Below are positions 38,400 to 51,490 of a stretch of DNA of 51,548 nt, one piece after another. The notes below the pieces were generated by a model. It saw nothing but the letters and a program-made list of their open reading frames with translations, did not search any database and had not been told where the DNA came from. Position 1 is the stretch's first letter. Each line of letters begins with the position of its first letter. The position numbers and the translations under genes are program-made. The stretch comes from Octopus bimaculoides (Eukaryota): assembly GCF_001194135.2 (NCBI RefSeq), contig NC_068981.1, positions 55,183,623-55,235,170 on the forward strand, written 5' to 3'.

Positions 38400-38965
38400 T
38401 TTACTCTTTAACTCCGTTATTGGACTACGGCCATGTTACAGCAATATCTTTAAGCGTATAGTTGATCATATTGATCCCACTTGTAGAATTGTACTTATTT
38501 AATTGGCCTCGGAGGGGCGAAATTCAATGTCAGCTAGTGTAACATTTGAACTGAGGGAAAAAGGTCACTACTATCTATAATGTTCACATGCAACTGTGCT
38601 GCTGCTCTGATGTTCTACAAACAAATAAACAAATACCACAACATACTGTGTCCGAAATTCTGCCGTTTCTGCCTTCCATTAATTTCCATCATACTATACA
38701 CAATCTTCGATGAACAGAAAAAGAAGGTGAGAGACAGAGTCATCAAAGTTGCTTATTCAAAAAATATTAAGAGCAAAACTAAAATAGACGCCATGGCGAT
38801 GCCTCAGCATGACCACAGATGTACGGTCGAAAGTAATACAAAGATTGAATAAACTCTAGGGACAGGGTGTAGAAATGTAAACACTGGATAAAATGTCCAG
38901 TAGAATTTTGAGTTATATCTGACTGCACAAGCGCATGTAATTTCAAAATTTTCAGTTTATGAAAT

Positions 38966-39085
38966 AATATCAGTGAAGATTAGTTTTCAATATCAGTAAA
39001 ATAATATCAGTGAAGATTAGTTTTCAATATCAGTGAAGATTAGTTTTCAATATCAGTAAAATAATATCAGTGAAGATTAGTTTTC
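38966..39085. repeat. Higher-order minisatellite, (A-B-A)x2 with 60-bp period
   Basis: A = aatatcagtgaagattagttttc (23 bp), B = aatatcagtaaaat (14 bp). Order A B A A B A. Confidence 0.93.
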
Positions 39086-39223
39086 AAATATGCATGTTTT
39101 TCTGCATGGAATGTAATATGACTGATAATATAAATTAAAGAATTATTAGTTGGAAGAAATTAATATTCGTGTAATTATACATTCATATATAAACATATAC
39201 ATATGTTTATGTACGTGTGTGCT

Positions 39224-39291
<68 letters not shown>

Positions 39292-40766
39292 TGTGTGTGT
39301 GTGTGTGTACAGACACTCTCATATACGTATTCTTTCATAGTTTCAGCCACTCGGCTGTGTCAATGCTGTGGCACCACCATGTTGCCAACATTAGCTTGGC
39401 GCTAATTAAATATGATATACGTGTATGTGTGTGTATGTTTATCTATCAATCTATCTATATATGTGTGTGTGTGTGTGTATACATACATACATATATACAT
39501 ACATACGTATCTATATGTATAGATGTATACATATATATATATATGACTGAAACAAATAAAAGAATATATGTGTGTATGTGTGTCTATGTATGTATATATG
39601 TATAATATATAATATACATATAATGTGTAATACACATATAATAACATTTATAATATACATAATAATATATAATATATATAATTTATAGATAGATAGATAG
39701 ATAGATGCCTATAAATATATACACATAACATATGCACACCACATTGAGGAAATTATTACACTCTCTTGCTCTCTGATGTGAAGAGAACGTGTCGGTGACA
39801 CAATGTTCTTATAATACGAAGCTTTGCGTTCACTCGAGAACAATCTCTGTACAATAATTGATGGGTGTTTGTGGTCTGGAATACTCTTTATTACCTTGAA
39901 ATGGAACTTTTATCCAGTTATCAAAGCTTGAATCATAGGATCGTATTACTCTACTACAAACTCTGCCTTTCGAACATTCTAGCATCTTAAGACATCGAAT
40001 TGATTATAATGCTGTTAATTAGACGCGAATTTTTCTGCGCAGTCAAAACGTTTCATCTCTCACCTAACTTAGTTTAGTGAGTAAACGAAACCATATTCCC
40101 TGATATTCCCTTACGCAATTAACATCGTTATTCAACAGACAAAAATAAAAAAATTTGGTAGGAGGCATTCACCCACCACCACACCGCGATGAAAGGGTCT
40201 GTTTATGGTCACTTAACCAGCTAGAAATAGCCGCCAAATGTTCCCCAGGTCATATCTCATGGTCTTTATTAAGGAAGGACACACTGAATTATGTAAAAGA
40301 TACTCACAAAATAATGCTTATAAAAAGATATGCGTAAGAAGATCGTGACTGGAACGCTTTAAATCATAGGATTTCCCAATCAACACTGACCAGAGAACTA
40401 CGTGCAATAACAATATTTGGAAGATTACCATCGCTCTGCAAGTTTTCTCGTTTGACGGAAGTTGCTCTGGCTCCTAGAAAAGAGGATCCAACACATACTC
40501 CAAGCGAGAAAACTTCTAGAAACAATTCATTTTGAAAAAGGCATGTAGTTGTGACGTGTATTATTCTGAAAAAGTGATTTTGGTCTGGTTCTTATTCTCA
40601 TTATGTTCTCCAATCTTTCTCTCTTTACGGTACCAACACACATTCATAGAAACAAGTGTACCACCCTTGAGAAGAGAAACTCTTTTCATCTCGTTATTGA
40701 CTTTTTGCTCTCCCTTCCATAATATCAAAAACATACGAGACAATCTTAAAAGATCGCTTATTATAT

Positions 40767-40984
40767 TGGTTTCAAATTTTGACACAAGGCCAGCAATTTC
40801 GGAGGTGTAGAGTTAGTCGATTACGTCGACCCTAGTGCTCATCTGGTACTTCTTTTACCGACCCCGTAAAGATGAAAGGCAAAGTTGACATCGGCGGGAT
40901 TTGAACTCGGAACGCAAAGACGAACGAAATGTCGCTAAGCATTTTGCCTGGCATGCTAATGATTCTGCCATTTCGCCGCCTAAT
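40767..40984 (-). mobile_element. SINE family A copy with TSD
   Basis: Flanked by gatcgcttattatat (40752-40766) and gatcgcctattatat (40985-40999). Confidence 0.92.
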
Positions 40985-43064
40985 GATCGCCTATTATATC
41001 ACTTGAAATATCTTGCCAATATAAGCGTTTATCCTCTAGTGTGGAATTCGATTTGGCCAAATCTATCGGAAATTTCCTCTCCTATCGCATACAGGTGATC
41101 CCTCAATCTTGGAAATTTCGATGAAACTGTTCGCGGGGAAAGCCTAGTGGAAAAATTGAAATTCATATCTCGCGTATTGGAATTTTCTCGCCAGACTGTT
41201 CTAGAACAGCATGACATATTTTACCACGTGTTGTAAGGTCCCTTACCCACAAAACTTTGCATCAACCATTTCTCCTCAAACTCTATCACCAAAATTATAA
41301 CTTTGTGAATCTACCTTATGTTCTCTTAGAGACATCAATATAAAGAGATATGCGCGAAACAATTTCACCTCATTAGTTTAGAAGAGGTTTGGGCACTTTT
41401 CTTCTCCCTAAAATGTAATTAAAATATACACATTCCTATATGATTTTTAAAACATGTATTACCTGTTTTTTTTAAACAATAGGCAATAAATAGGTTTCCA
41501 GCAGTTAATAACTGATTCCTTACATTGTGATTGTGAGAATGACAAGAGTTATCTGCTCACTTTAGTTTTGAAAGCCTGCATCTCGTCGACCGAGACGGCT
41601 CTGTCGATCTTCATACTGCGATGATAGCATTGCTCTGCGTTCTGATAGACTGTGACAGTTATGCACTTTGTGAAGTACTTTGACAACAGCAATCTATCTT
41701 CCAAGATATTAGCTTTTGATAATGTGTTATTTTCTTGCAATATTCACTCCGCCAACTTCAATAACTTAATGAATTAATTATGTTTTGTGAGGTATTCATC
41801 TGTAAGAGGCAGATAAATTTGGATTGCTTCGGATTTGTTCTTCGTAAACTTTGACTCTTCCTTTTTTTCAGCTTGCCATTTTTAAAACGCCACAAGCCTC
41901 TGTGCAGCTTTATAACAGAGAGATATGTTCATCCTACATCAGCTTTCTGTTTATGGTTACACCTAGAATGTAGTTTTTTTTTTCATTGATAACCTATAAT
42001 TCACAAAGTGTATGCAAAATTTGATAAGTTTCTTTCGTTTTATTTCGATATTACTTTACAATCGTCTCTCCAGATTTTCACTTTACTGACAAGTATATTA
42101 TGAAGTTAATTGCAGTCGCACTGGTCTCTCCTGTGGATCTTTTCAGAGTACTGAGCATGGAATCGTTAGTGAAGAGGTAAAGTTTATCTTCACAAACGTT
42201 GACAAGACCATCTATGAATACTGAAAATAAAAATGGCGTAAGAATTGAACTGATGTATTAATGATTCATTTGAAACGGTTACCTTAATGGATCTCCAATT
42301 AAGATAGCTTTAAAGCCGTTTTAGCAGTTTATCACCTATTTCCTTGGATTCCAATTTAGTGCAAAGTTAGTTGGGCCAAAGGCTCTGTGAAAAGCTCCTT
42401 TCACATCTAGGACCATGACACATGACTTTTAACCTACGTGAAGCTAGTTAGAAAAGAATAGTCAGAAAATCTGCTGTGTTATGGTTTGGTCGGAAGCCGC
42501 ATTGACTTTTAGAGGTAAGATGATGCTTTGGTAAATAGCTTTTGTTACTTTCATGATGATGTTAATAGAAGAGTAATTTGATGGATAGGTTCGAGAATGC
42601 TTCGTATGTATAGGAATCTAATAAGCAGTTTTCAAATACACCACATGTGAAGCAAAGGTGAAATCAGAATCACAGGGGTTTGGCTAGTTTTGTGCAACAT
42701 TTCTTCAGAATTCTAGCGGGAATCAGATTAGACACCTGTGGTATATCAGTTTGAGTTCCTGCATTAGCTTCATGATAATTTTTGGGTTGAAAACTACTGT
42801 CTTTAGTAATATATGAGAAGAGTGCTTGTTTAATGGTAGTTGGTTGTCAATGTTACGTTCTCGATACTTCTCTGTAAAGCCTATATACATACCGACTTGG
42901 TACGGACGATATTTATCGACTTCCATTTTAACGGTAAAAACCTACTGCTTTCTATAAATGTTTAAGCGCCTTATTGGGCATCTAACTGATACGTATCTAA
43001 TTTTTTTCCCTCAGATTTGTAGTTTAATATTGTCAACTGTGTTTGGGTAGTCAAGGACTTCACT

Positions 43065-43190
43065 TCGCAACTGTGAATGTTCGAGATCGGTCCCGCTGTA
43101 TTCACTTTGGGCAAGTATCTTCTGCTATAGCCTCGAGTCGATCAAAGCCTTATGAAAGACATTTTGAGGGCGGAGATTATGTGGAAGCTT
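43065..43190 (+). mobile_element. SINE family B, diverged copy
   Basis: ttgggcaagtatcttctgctatagcctcgagtcgatcaaagcctt matches the family B core. Confidence 0.7.
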
Positions 43191-43445
43191 GACAGAGAGA
43201 CCATTCTTGTTCTTTGATAGTAAACATAATTTTTCATTGAGCTTAACGCTACTGAGGTGAAACTAAATCTCAACTGCACCGATCTCCGCAATCTAGAAAA
43301 GCCTACGAAGAGCTTACGTGCTTCCCCCTTTTCTGGCGATTAAAAATTGAGAAGAAAAATGGTATCAAACAATCATAACAATGAGCTGTTTGAAACGCTT
43401 CACACTTCCCCTATTTCATAAATATTAGCAAAATCGGCATTTTCA

Positions 43446-43512
<67 letters not shown>

Positions 43513-44292
43513 GCGTATGTGGATTTATATTTTGCCTGAAAGCGATTAACTTTTTCCATATTTTAAATACGTTTTGCAAATGCTAAATATTTTAATGTTA
43601 CATGCTTATATCTTAAAAGTATTATTTAGAATCAGATTTATATATGTCTGTTTATATATGACACAGTGATATCACAAATCATCTGAAATTTTAAAATCAT
43701 TTCAAACTGTTGAATGAATACAGTGCAATGTATTAAATTTCGAATCCCCTGATTGAAAATATTCAAATACTTTCACACGATACTCAGATGATTACATGCT
43801 ATTTATGAGTCACGTTTGAACCACATCATCTTCTGCACTCTGTCCTTTAGTTCTAATTTTATCAAATTCGCAAAAACTAGCTGATTAATGTAATCTTTCA
43901 GAATAACCTTCAATATATTCGGCTAGATTCTAATGTGATAAGAATATGGCAATTATCAATTCCTATTGGGGAATGACTGATGACATTATCACAGGTCTTA
44001 TATTACTAAAATTCATTATTTCAAATTCTAGAAGGTTTCACAGTTACCGAAACTTCTCGAATAACCGCCATATCTCCATCATATCTGAGCCATCAAGTAG
44101 AAGTTTGTTGTTGTAATTGCCACCATGTTGTACAAATGTAGTTGCACGCGATCTTTTCTCTCATAGATACTATACCCAACTGAACTGATAAACTGTTTCA
44201 TCAAACTAGCAGTTACTTTAAACAGCCTTGGTCATGAGATCACGCAAAATGCACGCAATAATATTAGCATAACATTGATTTCACAGGCAATG

Positions 44293-44324
<32 letters not shown>

Positions 44325-44331
<7 letters not shown>

Positions 44332-44522
44332 CTTTACTACCTACAAGGGGCTACACACAGAGGGGACAAACAAGGACAGACAAACGGATTAAATTGATTA
44401 TATCGACCCCAGTGCGTAACTGGTACTTATTTAATCGACCCTGAAAGGATGAAAGGCAAAGTCGACCCCGGCGGAATTTGAACTCAGAACGTAGCGGGCA
44501 GACGAAATACCGCTAAGCATTT
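44325..44522 (-). mobile_element. SINE family A copy with variant tail, cut by a gap
   Basis: tcgaccccagtgcgtaactggtactt...gaaaggatgaaaggcaaagtcgaccccggcggaatttgaactcagaacg...ctaagcattt. Confidence 0.88.
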
Positions 44523-44845
44523 NNNNNNNNNNNNNNNNNNNNNNNNNNNNNNNNNNNNNNNNNNNNNNNNNNNNNNNNNNNNNNNNNNNNNNNNNNNNNN
44601 NNNNNNNNNNNNNNNNNNNNNNNNNNNNNNNNNNNNNNNNNNNNNNNNNNNNNNNNNNNNNNNNNNNNNNNNNNNNNNNNNNNNNNNNNNNNNNNNNNNN
44701 NNNNNNNNNNNNNNNNNNNNNNNNNNNNNNNNNNNNNNNNNNNNNNNNNNNNNNNNNNNNNNNNNNNNNNNNNNNNNNNNNNNNNNNNNNNNNNNNNNNN
44801 NNNNNNNNNNNNNNNNNNNNNNNNNNNNNNNNNNNNNNNTATGTA

Positions 44846-45359
44846 CGAGGGTCAAAAAGTAATGCCACTTTGTTTAGGATAGGTATAATTACCAACACAG
44901 GAACATGTAACACACATCAAAATGAAGCTGGTCCTCTGTGGATCACATCCCTACTTCTCAACATAGTCACTGTTTCTCCCAATAGCAATGTTCCACCTTC
45001 GAATGAGAGCATGTATCCCTGCCCCGTAAAATTCTGTTGACTGGAATTATGTTTGCCTCTCAAACCCTCTTCCATGGGGCCGAAGAGATGATAGTCCAGA
45101 CGATGATAGTCCAGTGACGAGGAAGTGAAAACTGTAGTGAAGAAGTGGCTCTAAGAACAGTCAATAGAATTTTACGGAGCAGGGATACATGCTCTCATTC
45201 GAAGGTGGAACATTGCTATTGAGAGTAACGGTGACTATGTTGAGAAGTAGGGATGTGATCCACAGAGGACCAGCTTCATTTTGATGTGTGATACATGTTC
45301 CTGTGTTGGTAATTATACTTGTCCTAAACAAAATGGTATTACTTTTTGACTCACCCTTG
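44846..45359. mobile_element. Palindromic non-autonomous mariner (Tc1/mariner) derivative
   Basis: TA at both ends (44844-44845 and 45360-45361). Inverted arms of about 200 bp (44846-45043 and 45158-45359). Encodes mariner C-terminal peptides DYHLFGPM (minus strand) and DEEVKTVVKKWL*EQSIEFYGAGIHALIRRWNIAIESNGDYVEK* (plus strand). Confidence 0.92.
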
Positions 45360-45636
45360 TATATTCCTATTTTATTTTCCGTTTCTCCCCCGCCTTCTTT
45401 GCGGTCCCCTGTCTATCTTTTTTCCGCCCCTTACTAGCTTTCGTTCCGTCTCTCTTCTCACTCCCTTTGTTTCTTTCCCTCATCCTCTCTCTTGTCTCAT
45501 TTCTCCTCAGCCTGTTTGTTCCCACGTGACTACAGACCATTTTTTTCTCACCTATGTTTTTTTTTCTGGACGCGACGCGCACTTAACTGGACGTCATTTT
45601 CTCTATTTTTTTTTTTTTTCTCTTCTATTATTTTCT

Positions 45637-45684
45637 TCCCTGGCGTTACCCATTACAATTTATCCCTGGCGTTACCCATTACAA
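45637..45684. repeat. Short tandem duplication (22-bp identity, 26-bp period)
   Basis: tccctggcgttacccattacaa at 45637-45658 and 45663-45684. Confidence 0.9.
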
Positions 45685-46011
45685 ACTAAATCAAACAGAA
45701 TCTCAGTACTGCGAAATACTTGGAAAATGGCAAACGCCCTACAAGGGTCAGCGATCCTAATGTAGATACAAATTTAACCCATCAATGGAATTAAGCCAAA
45801 ACAGAGGGTTTCATTATAGTAGCTCAGGATCAGTGTCTATCCACCAGAAACTATCAAGCGAAAATGGCTCTGGTGAAACCAGGTAAACAATTGACCACCT
45901 GATCTCTGGGTGTTCTTCGATAGCCTCAGATGAATATATTAATTGCTATGATAGGATTGGCCAGTATTTACACTGGATCATATGTAATTCCACGGCTTTA
46001 GAAGAGAGATG

Positions 46012-46150
46012 CCTGAAATTTTGAAGGGAGAGGGCTTGTCCATGTCATAGACTAGACCCTAGTATTTGATTGATATTCTGTTATTGACTCCGAAAAGAAT
46101 GAAATGCAAATTTGACGTCAGCGGGATTTGAACTCAGAATGTAAAGAGCT
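46012..46150 (-). mobile_element. SINE family A, diverged partial copy
   Basis: gcctgaaattttgaaggga...gaaatgcaaatttgacgtcagcgggatttgaactcagaatgtaaaga. Confidence 0.7.
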
Positions 46151-46710
46151 GGAATGCAAGACCATATGGTTTTTAATGGTAAATAATAGGATATTCTTTA
46201 AAGTTTTAAACTTAGAAAGGAAACTTTAAAAGTAATTCAACAATTTGAAAGGCTACCTCTAGTTTCTAGTAATCTTTTATGGCTTCGTTACAGGTGAAAG
46301 GTCGGCACCCATGCCCCAAGGCCTCTAAGACCGGTTGAAGAAAGATTTTTTTTTTCAGCCTGGAGACATGGATCCACTGCTTACAAAATCTTTTAGAAGT
46401 CCCCTAGAATCATCTTGCATACACATAGCTAATAACGATTTCTATGATTGACACATGGCAAAAACAGGGGGATAATCGATTTAATATACTCTACCATATT
46501 ATCGACTCTAGTGTTCTGGAGTGAGGAAGCAAAGTCTATATCAACAGAATTTATTCATTTAAAGGTATAGGAACGGATTTAAATACTGCAAAGTTTTTAG
46601 TCTAATGTCCTTTCATTCCTGTTCCTTCATCTCTTCTTCATTAAAACAGTAACTATAAGGTACAAGACCAGAAATGTATAAGGCTTATAATAATACGCTG
46701 CTTTTGTTGT

Positions 46711-47370
46711 CTCATCATCATCATCATCATCGTTGTCGTTATCACTTTCATCACCATCATCCTCATCGCCATCACCACGGCTATTTTTCCACGCTTACAT
46801 CGGTTTGACGAGTCTTCTCCAGTACAGCCTCACCATCTGTTGTGGTATCGTTATGTCATTTGTGAGAATGAGCCTCTTAAGTGTAGCTTTCATAACTTTT
46901 TCCCATGCCTTCTTTGGTATTCTTCTTCTGCAGGTTCCTTCCACTTGGATTTATTGATACTTCTTTACCAGCGTTTCACCACATATCTGTACCAGCACAG
47001 TTTTCTCTCTTAAAAACTATAACTGATTCCCTATATACCCATTTTCCTTTCACCTAATTTCTCTTCTCTTCTCTATACTCTTTATACTCTTTAACATTAC
47101 ACATCCTCAGCATTCGATGTCAGTTATTCACAACCATGCAGTCGCTCACTTCGAGCTCATACATCCCACAACCCGCTCTTCACTCGGAGAGAAAATTCTT
47201 GAACTTGCCCCGTACCCCCATTCTCTTCGTATTCTGACTACTTTGATTTCACAACGCCCCACTCCACTGCTAATTAGGTTACTAGGTAACGGAAGCTATC
47301 AACTACATTTTAGGAAACCCTCCGAGCATTTGAAAAACGTATCCATGAACTCACCTTACTGTTTCTTTCT
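46711..47370 (-). mobile_element. RTE-type LINE 3' remnant with (GAT)n tail, intron 6
   Basis: Ordered minus-strand peptides VVDSFRYL, LISSGVGRCE..VVRIR, FSLRVKSGL, RMLRMCNV, ERKLCWYRYV and IQVEGTCRRRIPKKAWEKVMKATL, followed by gatgatgat tail repeats. Confidence 0.85.
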
Positions 47371-47574
47371 TTTTCTCTTTTTTCTTTTTTTTTTCACATG
47401 TTAATATCTGTAAAAGATTTCTTTTACCAAGAAAACGTAGAAAGTAAACATGTTTTGACCTTTATGCTTCTTCCCAGGATGTTAGCAGCATACGTACAGT
47501 GAATTTGAAGCTGTAATCGAACCGCTAGTCGGATCACCTCCAAAGTTAATAACGTAATAACGAAATTACACACC

Positions 47575-47605
<31 letters not shown>

Positions 47606-47655
47606 TGTGTATGCTTCTTTGTTTATTCAGTATTTACTCGTTATGTTTCTTTTAA

Positions 47656-47802
<147 letters not shown>

Positions 47803-48174
47803 TAATATTTTTGCTTAAATTTGTTCAGCTTATACGTACTAGTGGGTCCGCTCATGATACTCGGTTTTGGTTTCGTTGTTCTTGGATATGTATTCATCTT
47901 TTTAAAACAGTACTTTTAAAAAACTAATGTAGTTCCTGAAAGATATTCAGCCAACCGCCCTCAGCTATCCTCCCAGTATACAAGGAGGGTATGTACGTTC
48001 TCTTCTTTTCCTGCATTGTATGAACGTTTATATTTTCCGTGTGTGTGTGTTATGTTTCTGCATTATGTATAGTTTATACATGTTTCATTGTTTCTTACTT
48101 GCATGTGTAAACTTTATTTTGCTACAAATAAAGAACAGCGTAAACTGTAATGCGAACTGTCAAAAAAGTCACAA

Positions 48175-48265
48175 CACACATACATGCATACATACATACA
48201 TGCATACATACATACATACATACATACATACATACATACATACATACATACATACATACATACAT
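48175..48265. repeat. (TACA)n microsatellite in intron 7
   Basis: Direct reading. Confidence 0.95.
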
Positions 48266-49474
48266 AAGAACATTGTTATTATACAAAGGATTCGTTTAAA
48301 AGCATTACTTTGACTATGTCAGAGCTGATGAATAGTCCAACAAAAATTTCAGTTGTAATCTTCAGACAGGAGAACACACATCATATGTCTAAGTTTGGAT
48401 CTTAATTAAACAACTTCAAAATTTAAGTGCAATGACAATGGCACTTGAAAAAGGTTTAAATAGAACTCATTCAAACTCCTTCCAATTCTCCACCGCACGT
48501 CGTTTGAGGATTAGAAGTAATAAAATAGACATAAGTTTTAATTCAACACTTAATTAAAAGCGTTTAGCGATTATATTATTTTCGTTGTCGTTGTTTAGCT
48601 CAAGATCAGCTCTGGTTGAGTCGGCTTTCATCAAAGTCTTTCTAGTCATGACTATCGTGTCTTTTATTCGGACAGCATAACTATGACAGCAGAATCCAAT
48701 CTCAGTTGGAGGTGAATTGAAAGAGACTTAATTGCTATTACATATGGCTTTGTAGAACAGGAATGGAAGCTTTTTTAGAATCAAGGGTGAATTGCAGCTG
48801 CATAAGAGTCAGTGGTTGGGTGGAAAATCTGTTCTGGAAGGATTAATGACTCGTTAATTTCTATAAAGTGTTAAGTATACAACTTATATTAAATTATCGT
48901 TTTAGTCTTAAGGTTTAGAATATTTTATTCATGTGGGCTTTTAAAGGCTTCATCAAGTGATTTCAAATTAGCAATAGGGGAAGATGTCGCCCGTGGGCTA
49001 TGTAGCGGCTCCCAAGCTGTCTCGAAAATGTTTCGCGTTTTTTTTTTCTTTTTCTTTATGTCAGACGACCACAGTAGATTGAGAAAACTTATAATGAATA
49101 AATTATTTTCGCACACGCCGATATACCCATGAAAAAAAAAAGAAAAGATACACGAATGTCATTCAGTCTTAATTCTCTTCGCTTATAAATATTTACCTCA
49201 CTAAGAAATCGAATATTTCATATGTTTAAAGCCATTTTGTTTAATGCTCTCTGAATAAGATATGAACCCATAAATTCATGTTTATAATGTATGTTGTATA
49301 TCTTGAAGTCTTGTGCTAGTCTTTAGGCATTCATTTTCATATCATATTGAGTAGAAGTAGGATCTGATGGTCGAAATTTTGGCGACGCAATTTCAGTTTC
49401 CGATTGAAGTCGGTATAATTTTCAATATATACAGGAAATACATTTCTCATTATGATTTCAATTTAATGTTTAAG

Positions 49475-49596
49475 GAATGGAAGAAGGCGAATTCAGTGAA
49501 GCGAGGGAAGACATGGCGACATTAGAAAAAGACTATGAAGAGGTTGGACATGAATCAGATTCAGATGAGGACGATGAAGAGGAGAATGAATTTTAA
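49475..49596 (+). CDS. tuba: Alpha-tubulin exon 8, terminal ([13 protein letters not shown]...ENEF*)
   Basis: Acceptor atgtttaag, 122 nt, TAA at 49594-49596. Exon sum 3+232+149+153+304+261+141+122 = 1365 nt = 454 aa plus stop. Confidence 0.97.
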
Positions 49597-49621
49597 AAGT
49601 TGAAAAATAATGAAACGAATA

Positions 49622-49725
49622 TATATATTTATTTAACTATTAGCTTATATATTTATTTAACTATTAACTTATATATTTATTTTAGTATTAACTTATTTAT
49701 TTATTTATTTATTTATTAATTTATT
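49622..49725. repeat. About 24-bp AT-rich tandem repeat and (TTTA)n in the putative 3' UTR
   Basis: tatatatttatttaactattagct-type unit x3, then (ttta)n. Confidence 0.8.
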
Positions 49726-49933
49726 ACAAAATTCATTTCGCCAGTTTATTCTTGTATGTTTATTCATCTATTACTGTATTAATTATGAAATTCGTCTTTC
49801 TGTGTTTCTACTTTTCTATTTGTGAGTACATCCGTGTATTTTCTTCATAGTATTTATTAAATTTATTTATTCTTTCGTGATTCTATCAAACGGCCCCTTT
49901 CAATTTAAACTTGATTATTATTAGTTGACCCAT

Positions 49934-49939
49934 AATAAA
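49934..49939 (+). terminator. Candidate polyadenylation signal AATAAA of the tubulin gene
   Basis: Canonical AATAAA about 340 nt after the stop codon, following a very T/A-rich putative 3' UTR. Confidence 0.45.
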
Positions 49940-50446
49940 TGGTAATATTTAACTATTGCTCTGAAATTCTTTGTTTCCCGCTTCCTATTCTGAAAATTGT
50001 ATTAATAGATTTTAGGAAGATGCCACATAAATACACGCATATATTGAAGTAATTTTTATTAAATGTTGTATATGAGTTGTAAACGCATTGGAGTCGACAG
50101 ATCCAAGACAGTGCTTTCCCAAAGTATACAGCACACGATTTCACATCAGAATCTTGCGAAACAAAAATATTTCATACATATGCGCGCGCGTGTCTGTGTG
50201 TACTTTTGTGTAACAAGCAATGCGGTGACCGATGAGCTAGCAGGAGGGAAGAAAGGAAACTGAAACTCTGCAGAATAACTCCTCATCAACAAAGCTGATC
50301 TTAAGGAGGCAAAACGCCGAGATCTGCTGATTCGAGACGTTTAACTTTCTTCCTCCTTCGTAACTAACAGATTCATTACACCGTGAAAAGGTTCCAACTG
50401 CTATAGTCCAATATCCTAATGTGTATCAGATCGGGTGTGCGCATGC

Positions 50447-50590
50447 AAGTTTCTTTCAGTTTCCGCCTACAAAATCCACCCACAAGTAGGCCCGCGGCTA
50501 TAGTAGAAGACACATCCCCAAGATGTCACGCAATAGAATTGAACCCGGAACTATATGGTTGAGAAGCAAACTTTCTACCGCAAAGCATTG
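50447..50590 (-). mobile_element. SINE family B copy
   Basis: tttcagtttccgcctacaaaatccacccacaag...ggctatagtagaagacac...gaacccggaactatatggttgagaagcaaactttctacc. Confidence 0.85.
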
Positions 50591-51490
50591 CACACACATA
50601 CAGATATACACGCACACACACACACACGCATTGTATGTATACACATAGATATATATATATATATACACATACATTAATGCTACATACACACAAACATGCA
50701 TATATATGCGTATAAATATACATACATGCATACATCATACATAGCAACGCATATATATACGTTTAAGCTTACATACATACATACATACATACATNNNNNN
50801 NNNNNNNNNNNNNNNNNNNNNNNNNNNNNNNNNNNNNNNNNNNNNNNNNNNNNNNNNNNNNNNNNNNNNNNNNNNNNNNNNNNNNNNNNNNNNNNNNNNN
50901 NNNNNNNNNNNNNNNNNNNNNNNNNNNNNNNNNNNNNNNNNNNNNNNNNNNNNNNNNNNNNNNNNNNNNNNNNNNNNNNNNNNNNNNNNNNNNNNNNNNN
51001 NNNNNNNNNNNNNNNNNNNNNNNNNNNNNNNNNNNNNNNNNNNNNNNNNNNNNNNNNNNNNNNNNACATGCATGCATGCATGCATACATACATACATACA
51101 TACATACATACATACATACATACATACATACATACATACATACATACATACATGGCCGTTTATCAATCTTGTTATTAATTATATTTTAATGGTAGGATGT
51201 CATTTTATGTATGGATGAAAACCTTAGCACATGAAGTAAACTATTTTAAGTGACTGCTATGGAGACGACTGCATTTTCGATTGACTTAAAAGTACATTTC
51301 GAAAATGGGGTTTCCTCTTCAGAAGTAAGAAATATGTACTTTAGCCTATAGAAACAAAGTGTTGTTTTACTCCCAACTTCAGCGGGATTTACAGGACATA
51401 AAAGTAAAGAGGCGGAACAAATACCGCCAAGTATTATCTGCAATACACTCAATATTCTACCAATCCAAACCCCTACGTATATATATATAC

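Noticed and set aside
41549-41740. Minus-strand ORF with VSVDE resembling a piggyBac motif
   Set aside because: A five-residue resemblance only, with no TTAA-bounded ends or further motifs.
42505-42520. Recursive splice site candidate ttgacttttagAG|GTAAGA in intron 6
   Set aside because: The pyrimidine tract is short and such a match is expected by chance. No support without nascent RNA data.
42090-42720. Possible Tc1-like transposase relic (VMVWS motif)
   Set aside because: Only one short motif, with no TIRs or ordered catalytic residues that I could verify.
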